From assembly GCF_006345805.1 (NCBI RefSeq), contig NC_042999.1, positions 157,232,001 to 157,296,000 on the forward strand: 64,000 nt of DNA, given 5' to 3'. The position numbers were made by a program, and so were the translations under genes. The notes beneath the pieces were generated by a model. The model was not told the DNA's origin and made no database searches. It saw only the letters and a list, made by a program, of their open reading frames with translations. How positions within the stretch are numbered: position 1 is the first letter of the stretch; every line of letters begins with the position of its first letter. This DNA comes from Octopus sinensis (lineage: Eukaryota). Shown here in pieces: positions 11,861-25,254 of this stretch.

Positions 11861-13009
11861 CAAATACATATAGAAGCATAATAACAACAGCGAAAGGCAC
11901 ATCAAATTCAGTTGCAAAAAGATCAAAAATAAAAACAATCACAGCAACAGTTCAGACAAAAGAAACAGTAAGATGATACATATTGATTTTATTAGGTATT
12001 TCTGTTTATTTAGAAACCTACAATGAACAGGTCAGACACTAAACTATAAATTTCACAGGGTACAACCTTAAAGTTGACACCACTCTGCTAAATGCAGAAA
12101 ATTTCTGTCTCGCTATTGGCTAAAAATACTCAGCATTTTCGATCTTTAAACCACTGTAACTTCTTCTCCAATTTTTTTTCCCACAACATCATACCTTCAA
12201 GGCAATGAGACTGGAAGGCTACATTATTATAGCCGATTTTCAGATTTTTTACTTCCTTTTTAAAAATTGCATATTTTGCAAATGAAAAAGAATTAGATCA
12301 ATAGAAAGGTCAAGTTTGTTCTAACTTCAAGAATTTTCAACACTCGTGGCAGGCATAACGATATGGTCAATATCTGATACCCTAAGAAGACCGATATACG
12401 CCGCTCCATGATGTATGTGGGGAGGTGAGTCACTAGAAATAAATGTCTCATAGCCATACTGGCTGACATTAAACGGGAGACCCAAATATTAGAATTGCAC
12501 AAGATATGCAAGAAGAACTGGCCAGCATTAGGGATGGAACTCTAAATGCAAACAGCTCAGGAGAGAATTTAAGCCATCTCCAACTTGATTTCCTTACTGG
12601 ATGTAACCATTTCGTACATAGCGGTAGATGACTAAATTCCAACAGGTTACATGTGTAGAGTTACTACTCACCTAAGGGCTTTCTGCTGACAGCAGAGGGC
12701 AAATGACGGAAATCCCTCATCCCTGTCAATGCCACATTCTGATAAACAAGAACAACAACAAGAGCTGGCAATCACAACAGCAGTATTTGCAACAATAACA
12801 ACTATAACATTAAAATCTATAGCAGCAGTAACAGGGAAAAGCAGCAACAACACCAGAAATAGAAACCAAATCAACACCAAACAATCCCCCCCTATGATAA
12901 CAAACACATCAGAAACAAAATTGGCCAAGTCAACTACGATATCCCTCAACCCCAGCACAACAGCACAAGATAACCATATCCCCTTCAGTTAAAGCAGATA
13001 TATTTTTAC

Positions 13010-13175
13010 AAATGGGATATGTAACACACAGCCTAAATACCAATCTTGAGAAATTAGGCTTCTCAAAACCAGAAAGGAGAAAGCTAATTCAAAGACTACA
13101 GATCCAATCAATCAGTGGAACTGTAAAAATCTGTAAAGCTTTCCAGAAGTTTATCATTTAAATATATATGAGCAT
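13010..13175 (+). mobile_element. Third fragment of the REL-LINE 3' end
   Basis: Near-identical to 8247-8408. Confidence 0.85.
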
Positions 13176-13264
13176 ATATATATATATATATAGATATATA
13201 TAAGCTGACAAATGGATAACAGCCCCATTAAAAGGGAGATAACGAGGAAAAAGAACAGACAGAC

Positions 13265-13500
13265 TGCGCGATTGTGGTTTCAATTCCTACGTCGGGTGGT
13301 GCGTTCTGTTCTTGAGCAAACACTTCGGCTCACGTCGCCTTGCAATCACTTCGACACCTGATGCATGGCGCACCGTGCACCTGTCCAGATAACGTCGATT
13401 TGAAGGAGAGAGTGAGGTAATGTACGGCACCAACATTTTGATCACAATAAGCAAATCATTTGTGCAGGACATTCAGCAAAAACCTGAAAGCTCATTCATC
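13265..13500 (+). mobile_element. Probable degenerate tRNA-derived SINE of another family
   Basis: B-box-like GGTTTCAATTCC followed by TGTTCTTGAGCAAACACTT, a motif shared with the family B SINE body. Confidence 0.5.
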
Positions 13501-13519
13501 TTCAATGGGAGACTCCATC

Positions 13520-13591
<72 letters not shown>

Positions 13592-13593
<2 letters not shown>

Positions 13594-13990
13594 TCTTTAC
13601 TCTTTTACTTGTTTCAGTCATTTGACTGCGGCCATGCTGGAGCACCGCATTTAATCGAGCAACTCGAGCCCGGGACTTATTCTTTTGTAAGCCCAGTACT
13701 TATTCTATCGGTCTCTTTTGCCAAACCTCTAAGTAACGGGGACATAAACACACCAGCATCGGTTGTCAAGCAATGCTAGGGGGACAAACACAGACGCACA
13801 AACACACACACATATATATACATATATACAATGAGCTTCTTTCAGTTTCCGTCTACCAAATCCACTCACAAGGCTTTGGTTGGCCTGAGACTATAGTAGA
13901 AAACACTTGCCCAAGGTGCCATGCAGTGGGACTGAACCTGGAACCATGTGGTTGGTAAACAAGCTATTACCACACAGCCACTCCTGCGCC
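13592..13990 (-). mobile_element. SINE family A
   Basis: Full-length match to 1722-2135. Confidence 0.9.
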
Positions 13991-14051
13991 TATATATATA
14001 TGTATATATATATATATATAATATATATATTATATATATATATACATATAT

Positions 14052-14124
<73 letters not shown>

Positions 14125-14131
14125 ATATATA

Positions 14132-14200
<69 letters not shown>

Positions 14201-14555
14201 GGGGCGTAACCAGCCCACTTATGCATACCTTTCCTTCTTTGGGCACTAAACTCTGCTTGCGAAGACCTGTTGAGGCAAGTGAAATCGAAATCAAATTCGA
14301 TGACTGGCATCCGTGCTAGTGGGGCACAAAGAGCACCATCTGAATGTGATCGTTGACAGAGCAGCTAACTAGCTTCCGTGTCGGTGGCATGTAAGAGCAC
14401 CCACTACATTCTTGGAGTGGTTGGCATTAGGAAGGGCATCAAGTTGTAGAAACTCTGCCAGATCAAGATTGGAGCCTGGTGCAGCCATCTGGTTCACCAG
14501 TCCTCAGTCAAATCGTCCAACCCATGCTAGCATGGAAAGCATACGTTAAATGATG
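14201..14555 (+). mobile_element. Short retroposon with RTE-like 3' tail ending in (GAT)n
   Basis: Tail GGAGTGGTTGGCATTAGGAAGGGCATC...CCAACCCATGCTAGCATGGAAA...(TGA)n, shared with 17035-17380, 31432-31960 and 32470-32636. Confidence 0.75.
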
Positions 14556-14761
14556 ATGATGATATATATATATATATATATATATAAGTAATACTAAGCA
14601 ATAAAGGGTTTAGCAATGAATTGCCTTACCACATACCGAATTTAGAAATAGCAGTCAAAGAGTTATAGCTATTTCTTCTACTAAAAAGGGAGATCTCAGT
14701 AAAGACAGCAATTGGAAGGCAGACACATATATATATGTATGTATGTATGTATATATATATG

Positions 14762-14803
<42 letters not shown>

Positions 14804-14807
14804 CAAC

Positions 14808-14983
14808 TAATAAGGGTGAGAAAATTGGATACTAATTTAATAGTACATCCATTTAACACCAAGTGGCTTAGTGCATAAAAACTTGGATTACAATGAATTT
14901 TATACATAAATATAAGAGAGTAACCACTATGTGGTCAACTCTAGCACTAGAAATGTATATAGATATATATGTATGTATATATA

Positions 14984-15058
<75 letters not shown>

Positions 15059-15297
15059 TATAAAAATGATGACCTGTAAGTGGACATCCATTATGCTAGA
15101 AGAAGATCCGCTATGGTCTTACCACTAAGAAAGGAATGTTCTCAAGAAAATTCTTCTAGCATAATGGATGTCCAATTACAGGTCATCCCTCTTATATGTA
15201 TGTAATTTCTGAAACTTCAGATTTTTCAATATGCTAGACCACTGGTTTTAAATTGAAATTAATCAAATTAATATTCAATTTTTCACCCTTACTATTT
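14808..15297. repeat. Foldback element with an internal 37-bp hairpin
   Basis: Outer IR about 14808-14845 / 15262-15297. Inner IR 15068-15104 / 15151-15187. Confidence 0.6.
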
Positions 15298-15316
15298 TAA
15301 ATTTATATATATATAT

Positions 15317-15622
15317 GTGGAGGTGGAATGGCCCAATGGTTAGGGCAGCGGACTTGCGGTCGGAGGATCGCAGTTTCGATTCCCAGACCGGGCGTTGTGT
15401 GTGTTTATTGAGCGAAAACACCTAAAAGCTCCACGAGGCTCCGGCAGGGGGTGGTGATCCCTACTGTACTCTTTCACCTCCCTTTCTCTCACTCTTTCTT
15501 CTGTTGACCTGCTCACTTAGCCAGCGGGGTGGCGTCATTCAAAGGCTAAAACAATGTGAACGCATTGTGACCAGCGATGTGTAACAACATCTGATGGTCT
15601 GGTCGGTCACGTGATCACGTGA
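15317..15622 (+). mobile_element. tRNA-derived SINE, head family E with tail X
   Basis: A-box TGGCCCAATGG and B-box-like GTTTCGATTCC. Head shared with 47399-47734 and 56489-56870. Confidence 0.85.
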
Positions 15623-15644
15623 TATATATATATATATATATATA

Positions 15645-16902
15645 CACAGACATGCAGGAAGTAAATAGACACCTTTGATTTTCAAAATTTCTGATTTAAG
15701 TGTCTTAGTATGTTTTCAGCAGTGTAGAATTTACAATGTAATTATTCTTTTTCATTCCAGGTGCCATTATATTAAACATTTGCAAAGAGTAACCATGCCA
15801 TGTACATAAAATTCAGCAGAACTGTGAGATTTTCAAAGAGGTTGTATTGTTGGGCAATCTGAGGCTGGTCTTAGCCAGCGAAAAATTGCAGAAAATCTTC
15901 AAATTCCTCTTGCTACTGTTAATAGAATTATAGTGCAATTCAAAAGCCAAGGAAAACAATCAACAGATTCTCATTCTGGCTGACTTGGGCCTTTGCTGTT
16001 TGAAGAGAATTGTGGAAAACGAACCCTGTTTAAAGGCTTCCGACATTGCAAAACAAAAAGTTAGTCCAAGAACTTGTGTTACATGTCTGCATAAGCTTGG
16101 CTATTATGGATGGCAGCTAGAAGAAAACCTCTCCTTCAGTCAATTAATATCACGAAAAGAAAGAAATGGATTAAGGAGATGTCGGAAAAATCCAGTTCAT
16201 TTTGGGATAGAGTGGTTTTCTCAGATGAATCAAGATTTGCATTATTTTCAGACAGTGGATGTGTTTGGGTCTGGAGGCTTCCTAATCAAGAATTTGATTT
16301 GAAACGACTCCAACTAGCTGAAAAACATGGTGGTATCTCTGTTATGGTATGGGGAGCTGTCACCAGCAATGGTCGTTCTGAGCTGATCGAATGTGTTGGA
16401 ACCATAAACTCTGAAAAATACACCAAAATATTTAAGCAGGGACTACTTCCGATGTATTCACATGATAACATAATGAAAAATGAGTTTTTATTCATGGAAG
16501 ATGGGGCTCTATACCAGACTGTGAAAACGAATCAACATTGGCTGACTGAAAATGGGATCAAAAAGCTTCCTTGGCCGAGCCAATCTCCTGACACGAACCC
16601 GATTGAAAATCTTTGGAGTATACTAGATAGAGCTATATGAAAAACTCGACAGAAACCTAAATCTAAAGATGAATTGTTTCGATTGTTGCGTGAAAAGTGG
16701 GCAGAAATTCCACAAGAGACAATCACAAAGCTCATCAGTTCAATGCCAAAAAGAATTTCTGAATTAAAACTGCAAAGGGAATGTCAACTGAATACTAAAG
16801 TATGTAGTCATACCTATCGATTACATTTCAATTGTTTGCTTTACGTACTAAATAAAAGATTTTGAAAATTAAAGGTGTCTATTTACTTCCTGCATATCTG
16901 TG
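15645..16902 (+). mobile_element. Tc1-like DNA transposon, frameshifted transposase (DD34E)
   Basis: TIR of about 45 bp, CACAGACATGCAGGAAGTAAATAGACACCTTT, mirrored at about 16858-16902. Motifs VVFSDESRF, FMEDGA and WPSQSPDTNPIENLW, with 34 residues between D and E. Confidence 0.95.
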
Positions 16903-17034
16903 TGTATATATATATATGTGTGTGTAAAGATAAATTAAATATAGAGATATGCTATTGACAATCCAATAATTTATTTATATTACAATATGACACACCCCAT
17001 TGAAGGATTTCTTTTCTTCAGTTAGTTACTTTAT

Positions 17035-17075
<41 letters not shown>

Positions 17076-17378
17076 TATCATCATTTAGCGTCCGTTTTCC
17101 ATGCTAGCATGAGTTGGACGGTTCAACTGGGGTCTGTGAAGCCAGAAGGCTGCATCAGGCCCAGTCTGATCTGGCAGTGTTTCTACGGCTGGATGCTCTT
17201 CCTAACGCCAACCACTCCGCGAGTGTAGTGGGTGCTTTTTACGTGCCACCCGCACAGGTGCCAGACGGAGCTGGCAAACAGCCACGAACGGATGGTGCTT
17301 TTACGTGCCACCGGCACGGAGGCCAGTTGGGGCGGCGCTGGCAACGGCCACGAACGGATGGTGCTTTTTACGTGCCTC

Positions 17379-17380
<2 letters not shown>
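17035..17380 (-). mobile_element. RTE-tailed short retroposon
   Basis: (CAT)n tail at 17035-17085 and body matching 31640-31960. Confidence 0.8.
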
Positions 17381-17415
<35 letters not shown>

Positions 17416-17531
17416 TGAGAATTTGTTTTGAGGTTTGAAAATGCACCTGAATCTGAAAAACATGAAGTCGTTTTTAAATAGATTTATTCACAAATCAAAC
17501 TAGTTTCGACAATGTTTTGCTTATCAATGGT

Positions 17532-17566
<35 letters not shown>

Positions 17567-17636
17567 CATATATACATACATATATACATACATACATACA
17601 TACAGACATACAGACATACATACATACATACATATA

Positions 17637-17953
17637 CAGTGGTGGACTGGCCAGGTGGGCAGCTTGCCCGATGGTAAGTGGGCCCCTGTGCCATTATAAT
17701 CCATATATGGGGACCCAAGTTAGTATCTAAGGAGCCCATCCCCTCAAGTTTGAGAATTTTTTATTCACTCCTGGAAGGATACATTAATTATTTCAGTCTG
17801 GCTGTGTCCATAGACAGTTGAAAAGAATACTTTTAACAAAAAAATAAAATAAAATAAATGATAGCTTTGTAGCTGCGGGTGGTCCCCCTTGTAGTTTCAG
17901 GTGGTCCTCCTTAGTCTCCTGGCAACCAATTTTTTAGATCCAGTCTGTCACTG
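17637..17953. mobile_element. MITE with TA TSD
   Basis: TA|CAGTGGTGGACTGG ... CCAGTCTGTCACTG|TA. Confidence 0.7.
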
Positions 17954-18026
17954 TATATATATATGTATATATATATATATATATTATATATATATATATA
18001 TATGTATGTATAAATGTATAAATATA

Positions 18027-18069
<43 letters not shown>

Positions 18070-18071
<2 letters not shown>

Positions 18072-19090
18072 GGTTTGGAGATGATGTACAGGCATTCCCC
18101 AACGAACTTCCCTTCCTAGACATCAACATCAAGATACACAACTCCATCATCACAACAGACATCCTCTACAAAAAAACCGACACACACCAATATTTAAATT
18201 TCTACTCCTGCCACCCATCCAACATAAAAAGAAACATCCCATATTGTATGGCAAGATGCATATGCAGCATAGTAACTGACTCACAAATACGCCTAATAAG
18301 ACTAGATGAACTTTAAAACTTCCTACTAGAACAAAGATACCCCCTTAAACTAATAGAAAATGGAATCTCAAGAGCAATGAAACTAGACATCACACAACTC
18401 AGGACACCCAAAACAAAAAACAAAGAAAGCATTATCCCTTTCATAAACACACACACAACCCTGGAGTTACAAACATGTTTCAAATCATACATTCAAACCT
18501 ACCAATAGTCTTACAAAGCCCCAAAATGGAAAACATACTAAACAAATATTGCATAAAAAACAGTAGACAACAAGACAAAAACCTAAAGAAACATCTAACA
18601 AGAGCGAAATTCTCATCAGAAACTAAAACTGAATTCTTTGTAAAAGAGTGCGGAGATGGTAGATGTGGGATCTGCAGTAACCCCACCTACAAATACATAG
18701 AGGGAGACAAAGAAATGAAATTTAAAGTAGTCACATATTCAAAATAAATGCAGATATGAACTGCAAGACGCAGAATGTAATATACTGCATAACCTGCCCC
18801 ACGTGCAGGGAGGATTACATAGGTGAAACTGGAAATTCTTTATGCCAACGAGCTAGGATTCACCGACAACATGTTCGGCAGGAAGAACTGCGCAAGATAC
18901 CACTGAGTAAACACCTAGATACATGTGGAGAAGGAAAATTTAAGATCTTTTCCTTCTACAAATGTCCAAAGAATGACACCTCCTTCAGGAGGAATATGGA
19001 AAAATACTTCATAACTAAGTTCTCCTCCAAATTGAATGGCTGAAAATATCTCAATAATAAGCTGTACCAGATGAAGGACCAAATTTGTAA
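18070..19090 (+). mobile_element. Penelope-like element: RT C-terminus and GIY-YIG endonuclease, degraded
   Basis: LPFLDINI...KKTDTHQYLNFYSCHP (18014-18316). NVIYCITCPTCREDYIGETG...EKYFITKFSSKLN (18756-19043). Confidence 0.92.
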
Positions 19091-20126
19091 AGTAAATTGT
19101 ATTAAACACACACGCATATACACACACACACAGTTCTACACATATGTTTTGGTTTTTGAAAATACAACATTGAACAAATGATATTCTAATATTTGAATGA
19201 AACCATTTTACTTTAATTTGTGGAACCAGTTGCTTCTGTATGATAAAGCTTAATATTTGTTTAGCTGTCAATCAGTGAGATATTAGACTAAATCAATTGA
19301 AGATCAGACAACAGACTCAGTGGTTGTCAGTTTGTATTCTGTCATCTGTAACTTCAACACAAGAAAGTCTCTTTTTCAAGTATGGACCTTATGAAATTTT
19401 CCTCATCATACATTGAAGGAAAAATCTTTCAATTTATAATTTAACAAACATAGTGTAGCACTTAGTACACAGTATATCACTCTACATTCTTGTTGATCAC
19501 CAAAGCAAATTGACTTTTAAAATGTGAATAAAACAAAACTGTTTTTGTAATCCAGATTTTCCATCCCATGTAAGCACAGGAATCAAACATTGGATTGAAA
19601 GAACTGAATATTGGTATAAATATCAACACAATTATTTCTTCTTCCTCTTTTTCTTCTTTCTTCCCTTCTCCAACGACACCCCTTCCAGATTCACAGGCAC
19701 CCCCCCCCCCCACACACACACACGACAATGATAACACACAAGACAATGATAAAAAGGAAATATAATTTATGGTCTTCTCTCTCTCCCTTTTCTTCCTTCC
19801 CTTCTTTTTCTCTAACATACTTTCAGATACAAAAACACACACACATGCTCTCTCTCTCTCTCACTTTCTCCCCATTCATCACCCTCTTGTACTGTCTCAT
19901 ATCCCTCCCCACCACTACACACTCAATGACACTATAAAATAGTCAAAATTTTTCTACAGGAACTTAGTTTGATTTTAAAAATCCACCAGAATGGACAAAA
20001 GCACTAATATATGATATATGATATAAGTTATATGATGTATAAAAACATGTAATATACAAATAAATATCTGTAAATATAAAACCATCTGAATTTCTGAGTA
20101 CCTCATTTCTTCTAATATATATATAT

Positions 20127-20865
20127 TGGCTGTGTGGTAAGTAGCTTGCTAACCAACCACATGGTTCCGGGTTCAGTCCCACTGTGTGGCACCTTGGGCA
20201 AGTGTCTTCTGCTATAGCCCCGGGCCGACCAATGCCTTGTGAGTGGATTTGGTAGACGGAAACTGAAAAAACCCTGTCGTATATATGTATATATATATTT
20301 TTTTTTTTCTTTCACTCCGCCGGTTACGACGACGAGGGTCCCAGCTGATACGATCAACGGAACAGCTTGCTCGTGAAATTAACGTGCAAAATGGCTGAGC
20401 ATTCCACAAACACGTGTACCCTTAACGTAGTTCTCGGGGATAATCAGCGTGACACAGAGAGTGACAAGGCTGACCCTTTGAAATACAAGTACAACTCATT
20501 TTTGCCAGCTGAGTGGACTGGAGCAACGTGAAATAAAGTGTCTTGCTCAAGGACACAACGCGTCGCCGGGAATCGAACTCACAACCTTACGATCATGAGC
20601 CGAATGCCCTAACCACTAAGCCACGCGCCCTCACTGTATATATATATATATGTGTGTGTGTGTGTATTTGTCCCCCTAGCATTGCTTGACAACCGATGCT
20701 GGTGTGTTTACGTCCCCGTCACTTAGCGGTTCGGCAAAAGAGACCGATAGAATAAGTACTGGGCTTACAAAGAATAAGTCCCGGGGTCGATTTGCTCGAC
20801 TAAAGGCGGTGCTCCAGCATGGCCGCAGTCAAATGACTGAAACAAGTAAAAGAGTAAAAGAGTAA
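20127..20865 (+). mobile_element. SINE family A, split by a nested SINE
   Basis: Head 20127-20280 and tail 20650-20865. Confidence 0.88.
20312..20634 (-). mobile_element. tRNA-derived SINE, head/body B with tail Y, nested in SINE A
   Basis: A-box TGGCTTAGTGG, B-box GTTCGATTCC, body TGTCCTTGAGCAAGACACTT. Confidence 0.85.
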
Positions 20866-21399
20866 TATATATATATACATATATATAAGAGGTGTTTTAG
20901 GACAGTTTAAAATTACAAGGTAAAACTTCAACATACATGTTTAAACCACCAAGTGTTCAAATGTTCACAGAAATTTAAATGAGGTTCACAAGGATAGATA
21001 GTAATATCAATATGAATGTTCAGTGAAGATCATAACAAAACCCCAGGAACCCCACCGCCATGTCCCAGACACGTCAACTTCTGGAATAATATTTTGGATG
21101 GGGCCAAAGGACAAACAGGGACACCCCACATTTGAGGCACATCCCATGTAATGACGAATTTGAACAGGAACAAAGAAGAAATTGGAACCTCTCCCATTCG
21201 AGACATATCTTCCACAATGATCACCTCATCCAAACCACAAGATATAACTATTACAACATCCCCAGACAGAACCGACCATAACCGAGAACCCACAACAGAT
21301 GAAAGATTAACGGAATGGCAATCAACAAGAGCACTAATTCCATACATCAAAAACCATGGAAACATTTTTAAGGCAAAGTGGACCAAAACCAGGACACTC

Positions 21400-21960
21400 A
21401 ATGGCACCAACCAAGTGTGAGTTACCAAAAATTACAAATCTCTCACATACAAAATCTCACCACAAGAATCGAATTTAAGTGAGATACAGAATGATATCCA
21501 GGAATTCTGTAGCAAACTTTGAATTACTGAAGATTGATACAGAAATTAATGATTGCTCAATACTTCATAATAAAACCAACTATTATCTGGCAAAAGGGAG
21601 AAATAAAAAAATGGATAAATTTTGTGATTTGCTATCCAGTTTCCTCTATAATTTACTCCCATCTCAGAAATTTAAAACAAATACAAGCTGAAAAGAATGG
21701 GAAATCATTAATGATCTCAAGGAAGATCACAATATAATTATAAAAGAAGCTGATAAAGGTAGTCCTGTAGTTATCAAGGGACTCAGAACAATACATAAAC
21801 ACTACCCTAATCTTCCTTCAAGACAATACCAACTATGAAAAATATCAACAACTACAGTCAATCCAAGATAATGGCAAAGCTTACCACCCTTATACATCAG
21901 TTCCAACAGGATTTAATGGAAAAGAGAAGGGATTACTTAACTAGATTTGACTGCAAAACC
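21400..21960 (+). mobile_element. Penelope-like element, N-terminal RT region relic
   Basis: About 21715-21780 translates as DLKEDHNIIIKEADKGSPVVI, the conserved PLE pre-RT motif. Confidence 0.75.
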
Positions 21961-21961
21961 A

Positions 21962-22320
21962 GCAAGATTGTCAAGGTAGACAAGACAGTCTTCTCTAGGA
22001 GAAAGTACAATCGAGGAAGGTTGCTACCTCAGCAATTTGGAGGAGTGTGTCGCGAGACCAGAGAAGTATTTTCTTTATGCAGTACCTTGTCGGAATAGTG
22101 ACACACTCGAAGAATGCATCCATCGCTTGATCCTCCCAGGTACCACAGTATTTAGTGACCTGTGGAGGGCTTATTCACATATTCCAGAGATAGAGAGATA
22201 CAATTTTCGACATAGAACGGTGAACCACAGTATCAAGTTTGCTAACTCCGTTGATAACACTCATACCCAACAAATATAGAGTACCTAGGTGTGTTTGAAA
22301 CGGGGTAACAAGCGATTTTT
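21962..22320 (+). mobile_element. Merlin (IS1016/IS1595-like) DDE transposase fragment
   Basis: VDKTVFSRRKYNRGR; GGVCRETRE; ILPGTTVFSDLWRAY; HRTVNHSIKF...THTQQI. Frameshifted. Confidence 0.85.
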
Positions 22321-22467
22321 GGTAATTTTCCGGAATCTCCATATCCGAAAAGCTGGGTTTTTGGCAAAAAAAAAAATTTTTTTAAACAGCAATAATTCAA
22401 TTATATATATATGTCTGCATACGTAGAGATACATGCACTTGTGTAAGTGTGGCTACATATATATATA

Positions 22468-22518
<51 letters not shown>

Positions 22519-22522
22519 TTTT

Positions 22523-22842
22523 GACCCCCTTCGGTCAGACACTGACCATGGGTTTGCACCTAGAGAGTTACCCTCTGAGGCACAAGTCTGGGCAAGGTTG
22601 TTTTATGGAAGACCAGCAGTCGCCCATGCATACCAGCCTCCCCTCTCCACGTCACCAATGTTGTCCAAGGGAAAGGCAAGGGCCGATACAGCTTGGCACC
22701 TGTGACGTCGCAACTCATTTCTACAGCTGAGTGAACTGGAGCAACGTGAAATAAAGTGTCTTGCTCAAGAACACAACAGGCAGCCCGGTCCGGGATTCGA
22801 GCTCACAACCTCACGATCGTAAGCTCGACGCTCTAACCACTG
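22523..22842 (-). mobile_element. tRNA-derived SINE, head/body B with tail Z
   Basis: Shares TTGAGCAAGACACTTTATTTCACGTTGCTCCAG with 20312-20634 but has a different 3' half. Confidence 0.82.
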
Positions 22843-23079
22843 ATATATATATATATATATATAATACATATATATATATATTGGCATACATACACACATT
22901 GTGTGTATCTGTGCAACAGAGAGGGAAATTAAAACTGCATATGTTGTGAACTTAGAATATGTGTTTATTAATAAAAGTTTAATAACGATAATCATTTATT
23001 CCTATGAACGTAACTGCAATGAAATATGTCATAAATAATAGTGACAATCAAAATATACACCACTGGAAGTTGTTGTTGA

Positions 23080-23265
23080 CAAACAACACCAGTAATTGTA
23101 TTCACCTCAATAGACGTCATTGATTGGTTGAAATTGTCGAAATACGAGAAATTTAGCAACAAATAACTTACAAACTACAGAATTTTCTCAAGAATGCCAA
23201 GAGAAAAAGATGTTTTCTGTGACAAATTCTACCAGTATATGAAGTTTAAAAGTGTTTAGTTACAA
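23080..23265 (-). mobile_element. Internal fragment of the MITE family seen at 48114-48525
   Basis: Reverse complement resembles 48160-48320. Confidence 0.65.
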
Positions 23266-23580
23266 AAAATTATTTTTTTAAATCTGCCGGTCAAAGTGAA
23301 AAAGATACTTGTAATTTTACCCATCTCCCTGGGACTCGATGTACCATGAAAAACAATACTCCCAGCCATCACCAAAATCCACTCCAAAATATCCACCCTG
23401 TTGCAGCAGCATCGGTGCACACCTTTCCCATAATCTTGGTTACAAGCACACTCCCAACGTGAACACAAACAAAAGTAAAAACAAAAACAAAACTAATGGT
23501 ACGAATTTCCTCAACAACTCAGGGAAGTGGAGAACATCCATTTGAAGCAGCAGAAGCAACTAATATATTTTGACTTATTT

Positions 23581-23627
<47 letters not shown>

Positions 23628-23746
23628 ATATAATATATATATATACTATACATATAAATACATAATGTTTATATATATACATATATGTATACATATAACT
23701 ACATATATATTATATATATACATATATGTATACATATACATATAAT

Positions 23747-23792
<46 letters not shown>

Positions 23793-24069
23793 AGATATAC
23801 ATATAAATACATGGATAGGTTTCCTTGATTCTAGCGAGTCTATATCCGACATGTGTGAATGTAAACACAACGCCAGCCACGAAGTTCTCCTTAACCAGGT
23901 TAATTCTTCTTTTTTATCCATGCAGAACCAAGCCAAAGAGATCCAGAAGAGTATCTTGGCTATCACACAGAACCAACCTCTGCCGCTACCTCAGTGCAAA
24001 ACCTACCCTCCCCACTATCATTAACCCATAAATCTCTACTGAGGCCTCTAAAAAAGTCTAACCAGGCTA

Positions 24070-24950
24070 CTACTCCAGTCTCAACATTCTTACTCAATGT
24101 ACAAGGCATCTGCACACCCTTCCATGCAAAAAGATGGAAGATCCAATTCATTGAGGACTGGGTTACCGACCACACTCATCACATTCCCTTCATCCTTACT
24201 GAAACCCACCTTGACAACTCCCACTTGGAAGCTGAAGTAAGAGTAAAGAATTTCACCACAATCTGAGCAGACCAAGAAAGAGAAGAGTTGTCATTTTCCT
24301 ACATGACTCATTTACTTCTGAAACAAATGTCTCATTTTCCAATAGCTACTGAAAATCATTATCTGTCTACAACAAAACGAATGATTTATCAATAATTTGG
24401 CTCTACAGGCCACCTCATGCACCACTATTGTGCTTCAAGGACTGCCTCACGAATATCAAGTCTTTCATTCAACAATGTCATCCTGATAATATTTTAATAA
24501 TGAGTAACTTCAATTTCCCCTGTGTTAAGTGGTCTACTCATGTCCTGAAAACTGGTGCGTGCATTTTCACTTCAGACAAAGTCGCAGTGGAATCGCTAGT
24601 TCAATTTATGGATTAATTTTTCCTGTCCAGACTTGTTCTCATGCCAATGAGATTCAACAAGAACATTCTGGACTTACTGCTAAGCAACCTCAAACAATAT
24701 CAATGATATTACAGTGGAAAAAAAAAAAAACTCTTCTTTCTGACCATGATATGGTTCTTTGTCACCTAAGATTCTGGCAATGAACTGCATATCTGAATGA
24801 TCTCAATCCTTCACACCCTTTTGATCTCATGGATTTTCACAATGCTAACCGGTCTGCAATCAACCGTGAGCTCTCACACATTGATTGGTCTTTCGCAGAC
24901 TCCTTCACTCAAAGAAGCATTGATTCATCATGGTAGCTACTTGTGGACAT
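24070..24950 (+). mobile_element. CR1/L2-type LINE apurinic endonuclease fragment, flanked by inverted repeats of about 58 bp
   Basis: LLNVQGI; FILTETHL; WLYRPP; IMSNFNFP; NILDLLL. IR 23798-23855 / 25104-25161. Confidence 0.8.
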
Positions 24951-25206
24951 TGTCATAAACATATGTCTACATAAAACCCCCACTACGGTCTATGAACAAG
25001 ACAAAATACAAACTAACACGTCCCGGAAAATCACTCATATGAAAGATAAAGTGAACGAATCAAAAAATTAACCGGCTAAAATATAACCAGTTGCAACACT
25101 CCGACATGTCAGATATAGACTCACTAGAATCAAGGAAACACCATCCTAGTATTTATATGTACATACGCACACACACACACACACACACACATATATTATA
25201 TATATC

Positions 25207-25238
<32 letters not shown>

Positions 25239-25254
25239 ATATGTATATGTATAT

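Noticed and set aside
12456-12490. LGLPFNVSQY resembling the thymidylate synthase motif (minus strand)
   Set aside because: Flanked by stops with no other TS motifs; 12290-12990 left unclassified.
19060-19095. CCAGATGAAGG after the PLE GIY-YIG ORF
   Set aside because: Possibly a decayed hammerhead start, but stem II and GAAA are missing.
19304-19345. MTEYKL (Ras N-terminus-like) on the minus strand
   Set aside because: Diverges after 6 residues and stops at codon 14; chance match.
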